From: a virus | Lineage: Duplodnaviria > Caudoviricetes | Strand: one strand, 5' to 3' | DNA length: 64,000 nt | IMG/VR virus record: IMGVR_UViG_3300045000_000081 | Coordinates: 3,736 to 67,735 of that record | Part shown: positions 62,423 through 64,000 of the stretch, one piece after another | Layout of the letters: every line of letters starts with the position of its first letter | Numbering within the stretch: the first letter of the stretch is position 1 | Notes under the pieces: model-generated | The model's database searches: none | What the model was told of the DNA's origin: nothing | The model's input: the letters and a program-made list of their open reading frames with translations, nothing else | Translations under genes and position numbers: made by a program

Positions 62423-62451
62423 TTGACATCCTCACAATCAACTAGACCTCT
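62423..62451 (+). promoter_or_regulatory. class II promoter
   Basis: TTGACA-N17-ACCTCT; ATG at 62457. Confidence 0.6.
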
Positions 62452-62456
62452 TAAGT

Positions 62457-63086
62457 ATGCCTATTAACCTTTCTGACGTGCAGCCCGCTGCAACGGCTCC
62501 TGCAACCGCGCCTGCGACCACTCCTGCCATTCCTGCGGAGGATACCGGAACACAAACTCCCGGCACCGGAAGCGAGGGAGAAATCCCCAAGGATGTTTTG
62601 CGAATTCCGGCACTTTACGGTCTGCTCCAAGGCAAGCCTGCCGCTATTTACGCGCCGAAGAATCAGCCGGACCCCGACATTACGACCGTCTTGAAGCACG
62701 GAAAGGAACTGATTAGCGCGGGATTTCGATTTTACGAAGCCAAGAGCAAGCCGGTTAATGTGCTTTACAACACTCTTTTCCTGTCCCCCGAAGACCTTGA
62801 GAAAGCCGATGCGAGTGGGCAACTCGACAAGGTCGCGGAACCGTTTGCGGAAGTGCGTGCGAGCTTTGACCAACTACGAACGAAAAAACCCCCGGGAGAA
62901 ACGGGAAGCGGCGCACCTCCGGGACAAGCGGCGACTGCTCCCGCCGGGATTGCGATGGGCGGTGCCCCGGTTCCGGCCAGCGTGCAAAATAAGCTTGCGA
63001 CCGCGCGCATCGGCGCGTTGACCCCCGGAAATTCCACAACCGGTCGTGGTCGAATTCTGACGGAAATTCAAAAACCCGTCGTGTGA
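62457..63086 (+). CDS. hypothetical protein
   Basis: ATG ORF with its own promoter. Confidence 0.7.
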   Translation: MPINLSDVQPAATAPATAPATTPAIPAEDTGTQTPGTGSEGEIPKDVLRIPALYGLLQGKPAAIYAPKNQPDPDITTVLKHGKELISAGFRFYEAKSKPVNVLYNTLFLSPEDLEKADASGQLDKVAEPFAEVRASFDQLRTKKPPGETGSGAPPGQAATAPAGIAMGGAPVPASVQNKLATARIGALTPGNSTTGRGRILTEIQKPVV

Positions 63087-63511
63087 GTTTCCAGTGGGCC
63101 AATTCCTCCGCCGACGTAGTAAGCGTCGGCACCGGACTCCGTTTATGGAGTCTCCGCAAAAGCATAGACGGCCTTACCTTTGCTCTCGGGACGAGAGTTC
63201 GTGCGACCGCCGATTCTAATTCGACGGTTTGGATGGAAGGGAATAGCACGCTGGCCAAGGACCATTCTTTACAACTTTTAATCGATTCTAAGTCGGGGAA
63301 TGGCTCTTTTCGTGGTTGGACGTTTACCCTAGTCAACTTTTCTAGCGGAGGTTCAGGGTCTGGCTCCCCGGGACCTACCGGTCCAACTGGACCGACGGGA
63401 CCAACCGGTGCGACGGGTATCACCGGACCAACAGGTCCTTCGGGTTCTCCCGGGGCCGCATCCATAGATGCGTCATTAGCTGCGGCGTTTTTTCTGACTT
63501 CGTGCTGTTAA
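63083..63511 (+). CDS. short collagen-repeat protein
   Basis: GPTGPTGPT Gly-X-Y run. Confidence 0.65.
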   Translation: MSFQWANSSADVVSVGTGLRLWSLRKSIDGLTFALGTRVRATADSNSTVWMEGNSTLAKDHSLQLLIDSKSGNGSFRGWTFTLVNFSSGGSGSGSPGPTGPTGPTGPTGATGITGPTGPSGSPGAASIDASLAAAFFLTSCC

Positions 63512-63512
63512 T

Positions 63513-64000
63513 ATGAAACTTTTAATTCTCGATTCAGTGTCCAAGTCGATTACTCTGGAAATGACCGGAGCGGCGGCGACTACTAATCCTGATTGGTCAT
63601 CGCATTGGGGGGACCATTCTAGCACAACTTTTATTGAGGGGTCGAACGATGGAGTTTTAACGGGGGCTACTCCGGTTACGGTTGTGACGGCTCCAATAGC
63701 GGGCACGCGCCGGATTATTCAGGAGATTGTAGTGAATAATCGAGATTCGGCACCCGTCACGATTGTCTTTAAGTTAGTGGACGGAGTTAATCTCCGGTTT
63801 TTGCAGCAGGCAGTTCTGGCTCCTAATGAGACCTTTACTTTTTGCGGAGTATTCGACTCCAGTGGAAATACGAAAGGCATCGGGGCTTCCGGTCCAACGG
63901 GTCCGACTGGTCCAACTGGGGGAACCGGAGCTACTGGTCCAACGGGGCCGACTGGGCCGACTGGTCCAACTGGTCCAACTGGAACAAATGGAATTGATGG
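63513..64000 (+). CDS. collagen-repeat fibre protein, truncated by the window end
   Basis: MKLLILDS... open to the end; GPT repeats from about 63890. Confidence 0.75.
   Translation, partial: MKLLILDSVSKSITLEMTGAAATTNPDWSSHWGDHSSTTFIEGSNDGVLTGATPVTVVTAPIAGTRRIIQEIVVNNRDSAPVTIVFKLVDGVNLRFLQQAVLAPNETFTFCGVFDSSGNTKGIGASGPTGPTGPTGGTGATGPTGPTGPTGPTGPTGTNGID

Noticed and set aside
1-64000. retron, DGR or 2-aminoadenine (PurZ) system
   Set aside because: No reverse transcriptase motifs, no template/variable repeat pair, and no adenylosuccinate-synthetase-like ORF seen.

Overview
The whole window reads as one dsDNA tailed phage (Caudoviricetes, probably podovirus-like), with no obvious host housekeeping genes. 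Positions 1-25.1 kb are transcribed on the minus strand. They carry small early genes and a replication/recombination module: metallophosphoesterase, RuvC-like resolvase, sigma-70-type factor, primase-helicase, family A DNA polymerase, SprT-like protease, DUF2800-type nuclease and SF2 helicase. They also carry a nucleotide cluster (HD, NUDIX, dNMP kinase) and an RlpA-type transglycosylase. From about 25.4 kb transcription is on the plus strand: small accessory genes, a serine recombinase, a tRNA(CAU) with flanking structured RNA, glycosyltransferase-like genes, terminase, portal, scaffold, major capsid, collagen-like fibres, tail tube proteins, three ejection-type proteins and a truncated fibre gene at the right edge. 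Ten free-standing HNH/EndoVII endonucleases are scattered through it. The most unusual signals are non-coding: (i) a 117-nt tRNA-like RNA at 1044-1160; (ii) a tRNA(CAU) on an initiator scaffold that has lost its initiator determinants, flanked by two heavily base-paired RNA blocks; (iii) two hand-derived promoter classes, one leaderless and one (TTGACW-N17-AYYTYT) a candidate target for the phage sigma factor; (iv) a 26-bp inverted repeat pair; (v) four glycosyltransferase-like genes embedded in the morphogenesis module of a phage with GPT-collagen fibres. All protein calls come from manual motif recognition. No database searches or folding programs were run.
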